The notes under the pieces are model-generated. The model saw nothing but the letters and a program-made list of their open reading frames with translations, was not told the DNA's origin and ran no database searches. A stretch of DNA of 59,768 nt from assembly GCA_000934665.2 (NCBI GenBank), contig KZ538772.1, positions 1 through 59,768 of the forward strand, in the 5' to 3' direction. Made by a program: the position numbers and the translations under genes. Positions 20,975 to 35,360 of this stretch are shown here, piece by piece (positions within the stretch are counted from its first letter, which is position 1; each line of letters opens with the position of its first letter). The stretch comes from Catajapyx aquilonaris (taxonomy: Eukaryota).

Positions 20975-23900
20975 CTACAAAGAACTGGTCATTAGTCGGA
21001 CAGCAACGGAAGGAAGGGGCCTTTGACAGCGGCACTTACTTCTTGCGCCGCTTCTTTAATAGGTTCTATATGCATTCCTACGTGCACCTCCACCTCTTCA
21101 GCCAAAGGTTCGCGGTTAGTTTGGTGCAACGAACTTGTCAACCCTGTCAAACAAAGATGTGTAGCTACCACTCACAGGTTAGTGCAACAAGGTCCATAAA
21201 TTGTGCAAAACTGGCTTCAGGACTTTAAATTATCGAGGCGTGCAGTAAAATCAATCTTGGTACAGATGGATCCTTTGGAATGATTTATAACCTCCCTTTC
21301 TACTCCAGAGTGGTTTAACGAAAGGGATTGCTTAAAAAAATTATTGGTCAAAAAAATTGAAGAATACGAGGTAATTACTGTATGGCTCACAGTCAGTAAA
21401 ATAGGGTTTTTTTTTTTTTTTTGCAGGCAAATTACAAAACATTCCCTATTCCCAATGTCCTGTACCAAAACATAATTTATGGACTATCCAAGAAGGCGTG
21501 CATGGCAATCTACACACACACTGCAATCTTTCATACATGGCAGCGTGCGACTGCTCCTCCTGTCGACGCTGCCAAAGTGACAGGGAAACTGACCTGTTTC
21601 TTCCTCGCTCTCATGGTGCTCCACCTGCTCACTTGTATCGTATGAGCTTCCCACTGAAACAAAGCTATTGGGACGTGACTGGCTGAGCGAGTTGGTTGGA
21701 CTCTGTGAGTGGGGGGTCTGCCCTTGGCGGCGTAGCTCATGCATGGCGTGCAACTGCTCTCGCGAGCGCTGCAGCTCCCGTCGCAGGCGCTCCCGTTCTT
21801 CATCTCGCTCATTGACAATACTCTGCAAGAAATGACTTGCTAGGAGTGATCCCATAGCCCGAGGATATCAATACTTACCAATAGCTGGACCAGTTGTGTA
21901 TTCAGGACACTGGATATGGAAACCAACTTGTGTGTTGGAGCTCCAGGCATACGGCTAGTCCTTCGTGATGACCTAGGTGATGCCTCTGATGCTGCTCCAA
22001 CTGCCTCTTCTTCAGTCACTTGCAAGCTGTCATTCAAGATGACTTCCAGTTGCTTAACTGCAATGCCAGGGTTTCTCAATTATATGTTCACATCTAATCA
22101 TAAATACAACCTATGTAATTCATAACTGTCCTTTGATTAGGAAATACACTGCAACATTTTACAAAGTCACTTGGAAAGAGACTTTAATATTGAATGAACA
22201 TCAAAGCAAGCCTCTCTTGCACACACTAACCTTGGTACATGGCTGCTAGCACCAATTCTTTGCACTCCTTCTCTCCTTCTGCCTCACAAGCCAGCTCAGC
22301 AATGTTCTCGAATTCCTCATATGGGATGTGCAAGATATCGGCCACCAATTTCTGCTTTTCTTCCAGAGCATTCTTAATCATCTCGTCCTTCCGTCGCAGC
22401 TTTTCTACAAGGGCAAGCAAGTCTCAAGACTGGGACACAAATTTATTCCTAAAGGACTGAACTCATGCTGACTTGAAACTCCAGCTTGTGCACACTTTTG
22501 TGTGTGCATTTCCATGGCCTTGTTTGCATGGGGAAGAGGGCCGTTTCCATATCTGCTTGGGGATTCGATTTGTGCACGTAATAGAACTTTTGCGTGTTCT
22601 ATTCCATCCCTGTCAGCGCGATCAAATCATTCCATATGTGCACATGCACATTATGGTGTGAAGTACAATAATCGAACAGTGCAAAAATAGAACAACAATT
22701 GACAAGGGTGCCAAGAAATGGGGACAGTGGGCGTGGCAAGCAGCGGGTGGGGGTTCCAATGTGACCACCCATGGGCACTGTGACTGGCTACTGGTTGTGC
22801 ATGCAGAATGTACTTGCATGTACCTGGGGTAGTACGTGCAAGCACAAGGTGCCAACAGCTGTGAGCAGTGAGAATCAACAAGAGGCCTACCCGCACGCAG
22901 AAATGGCCTTCCATCACACGCATTTGTAGCTTCCAGTTTCAAGTCGATACGAGTTTAAACCTTTATGAAGCAAAAAGCACCCGTAAAGCAGCATGCACGG
23001 GACTGCAGTGAGCAAAAAGCCCGTACCTATAGGAGTGAGCACAGGCTCGGCTTTGAGGACAGCTCCCTGGGATACCACCACCTCCGAAGGTTGGATTAGT
23101 TCAGATCCCTCCGTGATGCGGAAGATTTCAACCCGTTGGAAGCGACGTTGGGGAGTTGGAGACGTCGCCCCCTTTTGGCCTCCTTGTCCCACAGGAGACA
23201 ATTGTGACCCACTAGTTCCCTCGGCTAGCCACGCAAAGAAAACAGGTGTAGTCATACCCCTCACCAACCCACAACACCACATGCTACATACACAGTGTTT
23301 CACTAGGCAGTACTCCCAAAGAACCAGCTATATTCGATAATATGGAGTGTCACCTTGTGTCGCGTTTGAGTGTGTCTGTACTTCGGTGGAGGACAATTCC
23401 AGCATTTATTGTGAATGGTGCTACATTCCCATGAACTAAGGTAAGTTTTAAACCAAGCATCATGTTTCTAGGTAGAGTAGGAAGAAAAATATAGCTGGTT
23501 CTTTGGGTGAACTACCTAGTGAAACACTGTGGATCAACTTACCAGTTTTTTTCAGCGCCTCCTCTTCCGTTTCTGTAACTGGTGGTCCCGTAGGTGTGAG
23601 TGTTGATGCATCTAATTCGACTGCAGGTTCTGTGTTGTTGGAACTGGTACCTGGGGTTCCTTCCTTGGCCAATGCATCCTCCTGCTCAGTCGAGTCCGAT
23701 CTGCAATAGAACACGTAGTATTGTGCCGATCTAATTAATAGGACTTCCTAAAACTTACACTTCAGGCTTATCGGCAGATGCTGAATCGCTGCTCAGTGTT
23801 GGAGGAGTCAGTGGAAGGCTAGGATGGTTGAGTCCTGGGTGGCGGTGGCGGGATCCTTCACGAGCCTTGTAAGCGTCGGCAGCATCGGTTACGTGACGAA

Positions 23901-26900
23901 ACCATCTGGAACAAAAAAAACCTTGTTCATGCCACATGCCTAACAACATGCCTCCAGCCTGGCAAGGACACCTAATTCTCAACTTATGTTGACCTTGTAG
24001 CCTGAGACTGCATGCCATTCAGCACAGTCTTGAAGGAATTAGCCATGCCAAACTTGGAGGCATTGTAAGAATACTCCACGATTCAGAATCAATCTGCATG
24101 CCACTTTTCCCTGAAGCTCTCAACTCAAGACCAGTGACAAACCGTCAGTAGAGAATGGAGCGGGAGAAACAGCGGGGAAAAGGTGTGCAGTATTTATAGC
24201 AGCATTATTTTTAACTGGTATTTTTAGTGGTCCTGATGGTTGCCAAGTGCCAAACACACCCAACTTTGTGCAAATTGTACATTTTCGGTTGTTTTTCTCT
24301 TACCGTCATGTAGCATTGCTATCTCAGTGCATGTGCTGTTGTTAAAACTGTACATAATGACCAAGCATGGAAAAGGTTAATTGTCATCATTAATGCACAT
24401 GATAATGTGATTCGGTAATCTTGGATCCATGTAAAAATCACCAAAGTTCATCTTTCAAGAAAATAATAATTACAATCCTCAATCAGTAACCCCATTTTTA
24501 AACAGGTTCTGATTATTGTAAGTCACCCATGTTAAATGACCATTGCCAAGAGGAGATATGGCTGGCTGAAAATAGACCTGCGTCTTTGAAGCTGCACAAT
24601 TTTGCAAGGGCTTGAGAAACTAAGTTGTGGTGTCAGAGTAAGTTACAGACATATATGACTTAATGCACAGGATTTAAACCATTGGTAAATGACATCAAAC
24701 TCCTGCTTAACAGTTCACTCAGAGCTAAATGACAAGTTACATTCCATAAATCCATTCTATGCCCCAACTAGGACTTTCATCATACAATATAAGTGGCAGA
24801 GTCCACATATTAGCACATTACGTAGTCAGGATTCAAATGGTGGTTGACTACCACATTACAGAATCTTAAAATGCTGACAGATTTTCGTTATTGGTTGGGA
24901 GGTCCACAACATTACTTACAATATTACCAATTGATTTGGCCTGATTTGGTGGTATTAGTAATATTTGGTAGTGTGATGTACCAATGACCTTGTGCCAATT
25001 CGTTGGACAAAATGGGTTCTTATCAATATGAGCCAACTAAATGGCCAATGAAGTTTATGTTCGGGATGGTCTTTAAAAAAATGCACAACTGGGCTGCTTC
25101 CTCCTGTTCAAGGTCACAGCACATGTACAGTGGTTTCCAATTCATGCGTAAGTGGGTCAGATTTTTGCTCATTTTAAGCAGTAACTTTTGGACAGCTCCT
25201 TCTAAAGGTTATCATCAATATTGGCTATTAATACTGGGCTAAATGGCCCCCATCCCTTTTAACCAGTACAGAAGGACCCAGGCTGAAAAAAATGTGTTCA
25301 ACAATCAAGAGGGTGCCGGTGGGTTAAAATAGGTGCTTTGCTTTGAAATTCATTACAACACATGCCCTGAAGGAATGCTTCTTGTCAATATTAGCAGCAT
25401 AATTTAAACAAAAAACCCCCCCTGAAATTAGTTGCCCCAAAGTAACTGCTGCAAACAGTTTCACCTCTAAAAATCACTTGCCACTATGGACTTCAACTGG
25501 AATACTGCATAATGGTGCAAGTTTGCATAAAATATCATAATAAAGTGAGGGAGGGCTATTGTTTACAGTGCACTTCAATTTAACTACAATTTGCTCATTC
25601 AGTAGATATGCACAGCCTTTCTATCGCCACGGCATAAGTTTTCACCTCCTTTGGCCAGAAAAGTCCTATAATAAACTCCTTAATAGTTTTCACCTCCTCT
25701 TGTGCAGCCTATTAGAGTAACACAGTGACGGTATGTTTGTTTCAGGCATCAATTTTTCTTTTTGTTTGTCTTAATAATTGCCGAAAGTTCCCAGCCTTTG
25801 AAAAATACCCTTCACTCATGGTTTTGACAGCCTTGTAATATTAATTTGAAATCACCTGATCAATTTTTTCTATTTCTGTTAGCATGGAAATAAGGTAGTA
25901 TTCAAACTTACGTCTTCTTCTCGGATGTTGTTGATGCAACCAGCTCATAGATGTGAGCACCCACCACTGAAGCATTCACCAGGAAGAAAGCCATTGGATC
26001 TATAAGCGGGCACATATGCAATATAAATAGGTCACATAAAAAACATTCGGTGAAATTTGATTCATAAATTGTGAAACTAAAATACCAAGTTCAATTATAT
26101 GTGCTTCACACATCTCACATTTCAAAAAATAACCAGATTCCAATTAATTTCTTACCAGTAGCCACATGACGCACTAGTACAGTTGCAAGCTTGATTATGG
26201 GGCTGTGTGTCAACTTTGTATCCTCACGACCACTCACAATGTTGATGTTGTGCAGCTTCAACACATACTTTTCATCTTGCTTCTGCAGAAGCATGATGAA
26301 GTCCTCCAGCAGCAGGACATGCAAGTCAGTTTGCTTCTGTCTGTTGCTCATCCGCCAGGACAGCGGGCCTTCATAGATCAGCTTGTGCTTAGTGAGATCC
26401 AGTGTCTGGAAGAGAGAATGATGAGCGCACACCCAATGAGAATGATTTTTTAAATATAATTGGGGTAGTGCCGACCTCACATGAGGTATAGCACAGAATT
26501 TTATTTTAATGCATACATTCAATTTCCTGAAGAGCTTGTTCTGCTGCAGCGCCTTGGTCCACGGACGTGAGGGGAAGGGAAGGTTGCCAAGGGAGGACGC
26601 TGTTATAGTTTCGAGTCATTTCGGACACCTTTTCTTCTTACCCTGAGAAGAAAAGGGAGTACCAAGTCTGCCTGGGCAGGTCAGGTGAAATGCACAAAAT
26701 ACCCTCAGGGTGTCTAGTGAACCCAAGGGAAAAAATTCCCTGATATTTCCAGGTTTCCCAGTGCTCATTTGACTGAATTTCCCCGATTTGTATGGCTTGA
26801 ATGGTACAGCGTGTATTGACAAAAAATGCAAGCTGTTTGGTGCAAGTTTGCATAATATTGTAAGAAAGAGTTGCAATGTGACTCAAAAAGCCTAAACCTA

Positions 26901-28976
26901 GAGAAAGAGCCCTGGAACCTTAGTAGGGCCGAACTCCAGCCCAAGGTGGAGCCAGTGGCAAGGCAGTTGTGAGGAGACAGGTGGCTGGCGCTCACACTGC
27001 TGTTGTCACCAATTCCTAATTGGGCAGAATTCCAGACTGGCAAAGAAATTCCCTGATAATTCCCTGATTTTTCCAGAAAAATTAAATCCCCGGATATTTC
27101 CATGATTTCCAGGTTGCTAGACACCCTGACCCTACCAAGCGAAGGTGACAGGGATGGGACTGATCCCTGGACCTCTCGCTTGGCTGGCCAGTAGCATAGC
27201 CACTAGGCCACTGCGCGCCCTCACCCAAGAAGTATTGAAATAAAAACCAACTTACCCGCACTTCCTGAGCAATTGGATGGTCCAGCTTTTCAAAGGCGGA
27301 CTTATCTAAGCGCTTCTGTACATTGACTAATCTTTGGTGATCCTCGGCTTCCTTCACTGCTTCATTCACATGATTCAGAATATCTTTGCTGCGCTCAACT
27401 GCCCTTTGAATGCACCTGTACTCCTCCGTACCTGGAGGAGTGTACTTGGCAAGGTTCTCAAACAGCAATGGGTACTTGGTTAGCCTCAGCATGCCGGTTG
27501 GGATTATGTCTTTCAGTTGTAAACGCCTGCAAATTGGATTACACTCTGCCTCAGCCAGAAAGCTGTTCAGTTTTTGATCCTTCTTCCGCCGCTCCTTCAA
27601 CACCTCCAGAGAAATCTGCTGCCTGGCGCAGAAGACTGCTGCCTGGCGCTGGAAGTGTTCGCCGTTGGCCCCATCAAACTGTGTACATATGAAAAAGCAA
27701 GTGATTACTGTTCAGCTTTGGCATCAGCAGCAAGACTCTTGCATCTGACAAGGGAACTGGTAGTGTTGTGAATGGAGTTGCTGAATGAAACTTGGCACAA
27801 TAATATAAGCCGGTAAGTTATTAAACAAAATCATCATCATCATCACCACCACGGCGCTTCCCAAAAAGATATGGGGTTGCCAGCGGATATCGAGATATCC
27901 TTGTATGACCAAATACACACACACACCAAAAAAAAATATATCTGAAGCCTGGTCAGGTACTCACAGATAAAAAAAAGGGGGAGGATACAACAGATTGCGG
28001 ACAGGACAGGCTATGCTGGGCTGTTGACTTCGGTGGTGTCCCAGGTGACGTCCACCCACAAAGGACGGGCAAGGCAGGAGTACCATCTCATTGCTGAGTT
28101 ATTGGCACCACCAGGCCACAACTCAGCATAGCCTGTCGGTTCGGCAATCTGTTGTATCTCCCCTCCTCCTCCTCTCTCTCCCCCCCCNCCCCATTTTTTA
28201 TTGGCGCCTACTGTATTTTTGCTAATGCACAGCCTTAATAACTTACCTGCCTATATTATTGTGCCATGTTTCATTCAGCAACTCCACTTACAACACTTAT
28301 ACTTCCCTTGTGAGATCCAACAGGCAGACAGGTTTAGCAGGCAAAGACAGCTGCTTTTAAACACACATGATCTATGTGTAACCTGTAACTATGAGAGTAG
28401 TGGCCAGCAATGAAAGGGAAACACTGCTTTGAGCAGCCCTGGCCATTCCTATCAGCTATCAAACCTCAGACTTCCACATCCATCGGATGGGCATTTGCTC
28501 GGCCAGTGAGCTAGAGGAATTTTGGATTGCTACAAATTCAACAAAGGGATTATCTGCAATCTGGCTCTCACAGGTGAACTTCAAAGTGCAACATAATTCA
28601 GTTGAACTTTACAACTTGCTTCACTACCATTGCCATTACATCACTTATCACACTAATAACCACTTGGAAGTACTTCCATGCATGTATCCAAGATGAGTTC
28701 TGGATTCATTTGTCTTATTGGCACGGAAATGGTCTAGAACTCGAGACACTTGGGAGGTAGGCTGACCACTCATAAGTGTCCGGACCATTTCCATGCTGAT
28801 AGTAACAACTACCAATCAGGGAGGCGTGATGGCCGAGATGGTAACGACCCTTTTCCGACATTGCACTTGCACCTGTGTCCCCTCCCCTAGAAATCCCTAT
28901 CCTTACCCATATTCTTTCATCCTTGCCCGGTGTTCGAAAAAAATAATTGAAAAATTGAATGCAAGATGGTGGTATT

Positions 28977-29044
<68 letters not shown>

Positions 29045-32000
29045 CCCCCACCCACCCACCCAAGAGGGCCTCAGGCCCTATCACGGGGTATCGTAAATAT
29101 AAATAAATAAATAAGTACTACCAATCAAATCTATGGAAGAACCTACTAGAACTTATACATCATGTAACAATGGTTCCCTGCTTGAAAAATTGGTTCCCAC
29201 ACTGGACGAACTTCCCTCTCAGCCCTCCTCCCACCAGATCCTTGGGGTATAAACAAACAACTCACCATATTCAGCAATAGTTCACCTATATCGCCAACAA
29301 TCTGATTCTCACTTCGGCATTGCTTCATCTGATTGTTAAAGTTACTGTGTAACTCAATCATCTCCTCCAGGTTGGAAAAAAGCAGCTGGATCTGGTCAGC
29401 TGGCAAAGTCTGTGTCTCAATCATGGGCTTGCAAAACAGGCGTTCCAGGATTTTTAGGCTCCTCACATGAGACTTTTCAGTGTGGAACAATTCTAGAAAA
29501 AAAAAAGAAAACATATGGTTATATCTGCATTCTTCAGTCAGAGTACTGGTTGCTCACCATTGATGACTTCTTGTCGTTTCTTTTCCTTTGGTGTCAGCTG
29601 CTTCAATACCTCCTCAGAAATGTTTTTGGTCCAGTCTGGCGGGTCTGGTTCTGCCTCCAAATCGCTGTCCCATCCAGGTGAGCCTTGGCAGAGGGCAATG
29701 CTGGTAGTTGCAACAGTTTCCGGGGTGCTGGAAGGCCGACCAGAAGTGGTTACCATCTCCAGGGAGTTGCTGGGACTTTCCAGGCTCCTGTGATTTTGGG
29801 AAGAGAACCTGTTTGTCTATAATTTACTATTTCACCACTCGATCAAAAGACTAAAATTCTGCTGAATTATCTGGACAAGATTTGCTAAAAGGAGGAACAA
29901 GAAGCATATGGTACTTACCTGGCAGACAAGCTGGAATTGGACGAACTACCAGAGTTGGCTGCGTATGCCAGAGCGTGCGAGTCAATTTCAGCATCGCTGT
30001 AAAGAAAGTTAGTTGATCATTAGGCCGGGCATTTCCACTCTACCACAAGACTCCTGTGTAACGACTCCTTTCATATTTCAACAACCTCATCTGACTATCA
30101 TCCTGGGAGCTGCACCGGAGCAGTTCATTAGCATGGGTAAGCAACTGCTCCCTCTGACAAACTGGCCCTTATCACCATGCCCCAACTCGGCTAATCCTGG
30201 AACAATCCCCCTGAAATCCTCTGACAAGTCCCAGGATGTCCCCACCAATCCATTTTCAATACATTGCACACTAAAAACCCCAATTAAGCCGGCTGCAACC
30301 TCAACCCGGAGCTCCCTTTAGCAAATCTTTTGCAGCCACCTTTGCCAGATCATAACACTTGAATCCAGGGCAACCGTGACATGGAAATGGCCCACCCATC
30401 CAGCAGGAGGGCACATATCGACACCAGCACCGGAGTCCAATATGCCACAGCCTGGATGGTTAACTTCCAGCGTGCGGCCGGCCAGCCCTCAAAACCCCCC
30501 AGCTTTTGTGGAGCGCTCGTTTTCTGCTGCCAAATCGCTTTTCATCCTTAGTGCAGAACAACAGCAGCCGTTTCAATCGACCCATGGCCCAAAACTTCCT
30601 TCAACATCCCCCCCCCCCCCCCNNNNNNNNNNNNNNNNNNNNNNNNNNNNNNNNNNNNNNNNNNNNNNNNNNNNNNNNNNNNNNNNNNNNNNNNNNNNNN
30701 NNNNNNNNNNNNNNNNNNNNNNNNNNNNNNNNNNNNNNNNNNNNNNNNNNNNNNNNNNNNNNNNNNNNNNNNNNNNNNNNNNNNNNNNNNNNNNNNNNNN
30801 NNNNNNNNNNNNNNNNNNNNNNNNNNNNNNNNNNNNNNNNNNNNNNNNNNNNNNNNNNNNNNNNNNNNNNNNNNNNNNNNNNNNNGGGGGGGGGAACTGC
30901 CGGCGGAACCTCCGTCGACAAACAGGAGTCATCGTTCAGGTTTTTATAGACGTGCGGGTGCTTCCCGGCAAGAAAGGGCCGAGAAAGAACAAGGCCTGCC
31001 ACCGACCTTCAGGAAAAAATATATATATATATATAAATTTTAAGGGCCCCCATCCTACCATCCCCTCACCGAATATTCCCGGAACAGCGCCTGCGCTGCT
31101 CAGGTCTTCCGCCAATTGATACCTCAGTTGCTCAACCCGCCGGCACATCATACATTCATACCACCAAACTAAACTATGACATATTTCGGTGACATATCAA
31201 GTCAGTCAAGTCTTGCATTATGTCACAAAAAAATGTTGAAAACGAAAAAAAAACAACAACTGGTTATAAGTCTTTCTGGAAGCATTTTTGCAAAAAATTC
31301 CAAGCGACGTTACCACTCTGTTTTATCGCATGCAAAAATTAGAAATAACTATGAAAATGAAAATTCCCGAGGAATTCCGGAGTCGGCCACCTTGGATATC
31401 GAACGCGGAAGGAATGCCGCCTTTGCCAACCGCACGTTTTCTAGTATTTTCAGCCCCCCCGATTTCGCTCTGGTTGTACCGTGCCCAAGGGTTTTACTTA
31501 TATCGATGCAACTTGGTTGGCCCATGTTAGTGGTCGGAGAAAGGACGTCAGTTCGCTGAAATTACCCCTTAAATTTTCCATTACCATAGTTTTTATTACG
31601 ACTTTGAGCGTTCCGTCACGGTCATCCTATACCAGTGTGCCACACTTTGTGCATCAGTGTGTCTATAATATTTAAGCCGGTGTTCACCGGCCTTCAAACC
31701 CGAAATCAACACTGATACATCCTGACACCGATAACTATCGAAGTCGATTAGCGGCAAGAGATATGAATGGCGAGTAAACTTTTGGAGTGCCATCATTTTG
31801 ACAGTAAACTTCGCCACGTACAAAGGTCATCAACATTACCAGATGGTAACCCTATTCACTTCCTACTATACCCGGCTTTTTTAAAAATGTCAAAATCAGA
31901 CCCCCGCCAATCTCTGATTTCTCCCTGGGAAATCTCTAAAATCTGAGATGGCACTGTCTTCGCCCTGATAGCGAGACCCTCCGCGCCATCTGCACTCCAA

Positions 32001-35000
32001 AGACGCCATTGGAGCCTTCCTAGAACTATTCGACGGGTAGTGGAGGACCGTCGAAATAGCTGGGATTTCCCGTCTGAAGAAGCGACGAGCCGCCATTGTT
32101 TATAACTTCCTCGGCGCATGCCAGGAAGAGAATACCATACACAATCACAATATGCCATTGTTTGCCCCAACAGCCTGGGCTGTAAAAGTGCGAGCAGGAG
32201 CTATGAAAACGACCGGTAGCAAAAATCCGCCCCCTTCCCACCAGTCCCTCTCAAAATGTGTGCCAATTCTATTTTTACGCCTTAATTCCACAGCTATCTT
32301 TTTAATGAGCCCTTCGGGGAGGAGCGACACGGAAACCGTCTTGGAGGCAAAGAATCAAGTTGGCCAATAACTGAAATGCCACCAAATGAATCTAGCTAAC
32401 GAAAAAGGCATTGATCGGTTGCGCCCCAAATGGGCGTCGATGGCGTCATTTTCGGACTTTTTTTTTTTTTTTCCCAACCCTCCGCCCGAACCCACCTCCA
32501 CCATTCAGACAAGTACACTCCGATGATACTAAAAACCGCGCCCATGCCAATCACAAATTAGAAGGATCGCACGTCACCCGCATACCTCCGCATTATTGTT
32601 TTCATATTGGCAGACCTTCGACTTCTGACGTGCACAAGTAATGATGTTTGAACTATATCCGACTCTGTAACTAGCCGCGCCTAAAAAAAAACCAAACAGC
32701 TCCGAAAAAGCCGTCACTGCCTGTGATGGGTTTACATAACAGACACCAGTCTTCTGGGAGCAGAAAACTTTTCATCCGAAAGGCGGTCCCTCCCCGAATC
32801 AAAACAACCAAAGGGGCCGGTTGCACCCAGTGCTCCCAGCCGGCGCTCACATCGCCCTCCTATATTATCCTATACACAAGACAAGGCCAGGTTCGGCTGT
32901 GAATTAACATTTCCCGAATTCGATTAGGGCCGGGTCCACTCTTCTCCATTGATGCTACACCCCGGTAGCGTGCACGGGTCTTCCACACCGCACGCCTCCT
33001 GGCATGATCCGTAATTTACGGCCCCCCGACTCTTTTTTTCTGTCACGATGTAACGACGCACGCGATGTGACCACGTTATGTTTCAACCAGCAGCATCATC
33101 GGCTGAGCGTTCACCTGATGTTTATAAATATGCTAGCGCCACTGGGTCACTAGGCAACCCCCAACCGGCAAACCCGCCATCCCTCCTTACCACACGTGGA
33201 TTTTACCTCTCCGAGAAGCAGCGTCGAGCGTCCGGTAAGGCCAAGGTGGGTGCCGTCGACGACGGCTCCATTTTCACCACGCCCCGGGGGCCACTAAATA
33301 CTTTTTACCCCTTCCCTGGCGGCACTCGCACTGGCGCCCCCTGGCCCCCCGCGCCTGTCCCAGCTCGGCCACACCGTCCGGCCATCATCAACCACGGCCG
33401 TCGGGGGTGCACCGCCGCCTCCTGCTTCTATTCCCTTCTTCTACTGTACTGCGCCGTCGTCGCCCACGCCGATTGGGTAGGTAGCTAGCAAGCTTGCTAG
33501 CAAGGTAGGGGGACTCTACTGGCTGGGGGCCACCGCGCACTCACCTCCGCATCAACTCCGCACATACACACCTTGTACCGGTGCCAGGTATGCAACACCC
33601 CCGCCAGGGTATGTCGATACCTCCTGACAATTACGGCACATCTGGACTTGGCACTTGTATACCAAACACAAAAGAACCGCCTGACCTACAGTGCAGTCGC
33701 TGCAGTTGACGGCCACCGTCGGGAAATGGTCGCCCAGTCGTTAACAACCTAATCAGGGTTGCAACAAAGCGGTTGATGGATCACGTGATGCCCATGGCAG
33801 ACAACACCCTTGCAGCTAGGGACACACGCCCTTTCCAAGAATTATGGCCATGCACCATTCGGGCTCCTGAAGATGCTGCCGGCACACAAGTGCAACAAGA
33901 AATTCCGGCCCCACCAAAAATAATGCGCACGGATTGATTAGCTCGGTTTTAGCATGTACTTGAGGGAGTTAATGGCACCGTCACCCCTAAAATACCCTCG
34001 GCCAGGCTTCCGGAACTATTATTATTACCTCATCGGTTCTAATATTCTTGGCACATGTCCACTCCCTCGCGTCACGAATGATCTTTACACACACCTTTTC
34101 TGGGCCCAGCCCAGTCCGTCACCTTGTGACGGCCGATGCTACAATAGCCACTTCCCATTCTCTATGGCCGCGCTATTGGACGCGGCATTAAAAAAAACAC
34201 ACGCATATTCATATATAGACCGTGTCCGCCAGGCTCATCCTTGGTACAGTTCACCGCAAAAGGAGACGCCCAGAATCCTCTGAAACATCATCACCGACTT
34301 CTTCAACATGTATTTCAAAGGAAATCTCTCTCCTTTTTTTTTGTTCCCTCGTTTGCCATAATGTCGCAAAGTGTTCAAATCAGTAATTTTCACAGAAGCT
34401 CCCAAGGAAACTTCTGAAGCTTCAATTTGACATGGCCCGTGTGTACGCACCATTATGACAGCATATATGCCCCCAACACAACAGCGGAGATTTCAGCACA
34501 CAGGCACGCGACAAGGCATGCAATGCGCTGCATTCTGACGCGAGATCCCTATCAGCGCGCCTCGACATCATACACACGTCATGCCCACACCTGTCGCCAT
34601 GTCACTGTCTCCGTTCACTTAAGACAATTCCGGCATGACCCAAGTGCCAGGATGCACCTCAAATCCCGCACCCTCCCTGCGAATATCATCACTGCACGCC
34701 ATCTGTCACTGCAATCATCTACTTACTGGCAATGGCTCCATCTTGCTGCCACCTAAATAAATGTCGTCTCTTTAAACTCGGAAGCAACGCCCAAGGGCAA
34801 GCCCGCCCCGGGGTCCTTCTCAATCAACAGGAACCTCAAAATGACCGCTCCTGTCACCCCAACCGGCGCCTTTCTTCCTCGCCCAACGCCCAGGAACTTG
34901 CACCGTATCTATCCGACTGCCTCTGGATAGGACCAGAATTATAGAGAAGCTGCATCGGGCCACCCTTGCCCACATCCCACCCCTCCCAAAAACACAAATC

Positions 35001-35296
35001 GATGAAGAGCACCCCACACACCCAGCAACCCCACCCCCTAGCCCTGTGGCGAGGCTATATACCAACGAGTTCCACGGGCCATTTTCTCTCTCCTGTCGTC
35101 GCCATGTTTTATTCAGGAATAAGGCACCAATATCCTGACTTCACAGCAACCCCCCACACCACCTCCTCCTGATCTATTCCACGTGGGATGATCACACGAC
35201 GACCTTTACCGAGAGAGGGTGGTGGGGTAGTGGGAGGCAAAAACTTCGCTCTTTCCACCTCAAAAGAAGACAAATTCCTCTGGTTCGTCGAATCAA

Positions 35297-35360
<64 letters not shown>

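Noticed and set aside
30376..31119. 247-aa ORF and overlapping ORFs spanning the gap
   Set aside because: They are artefacts of translating through Ns.
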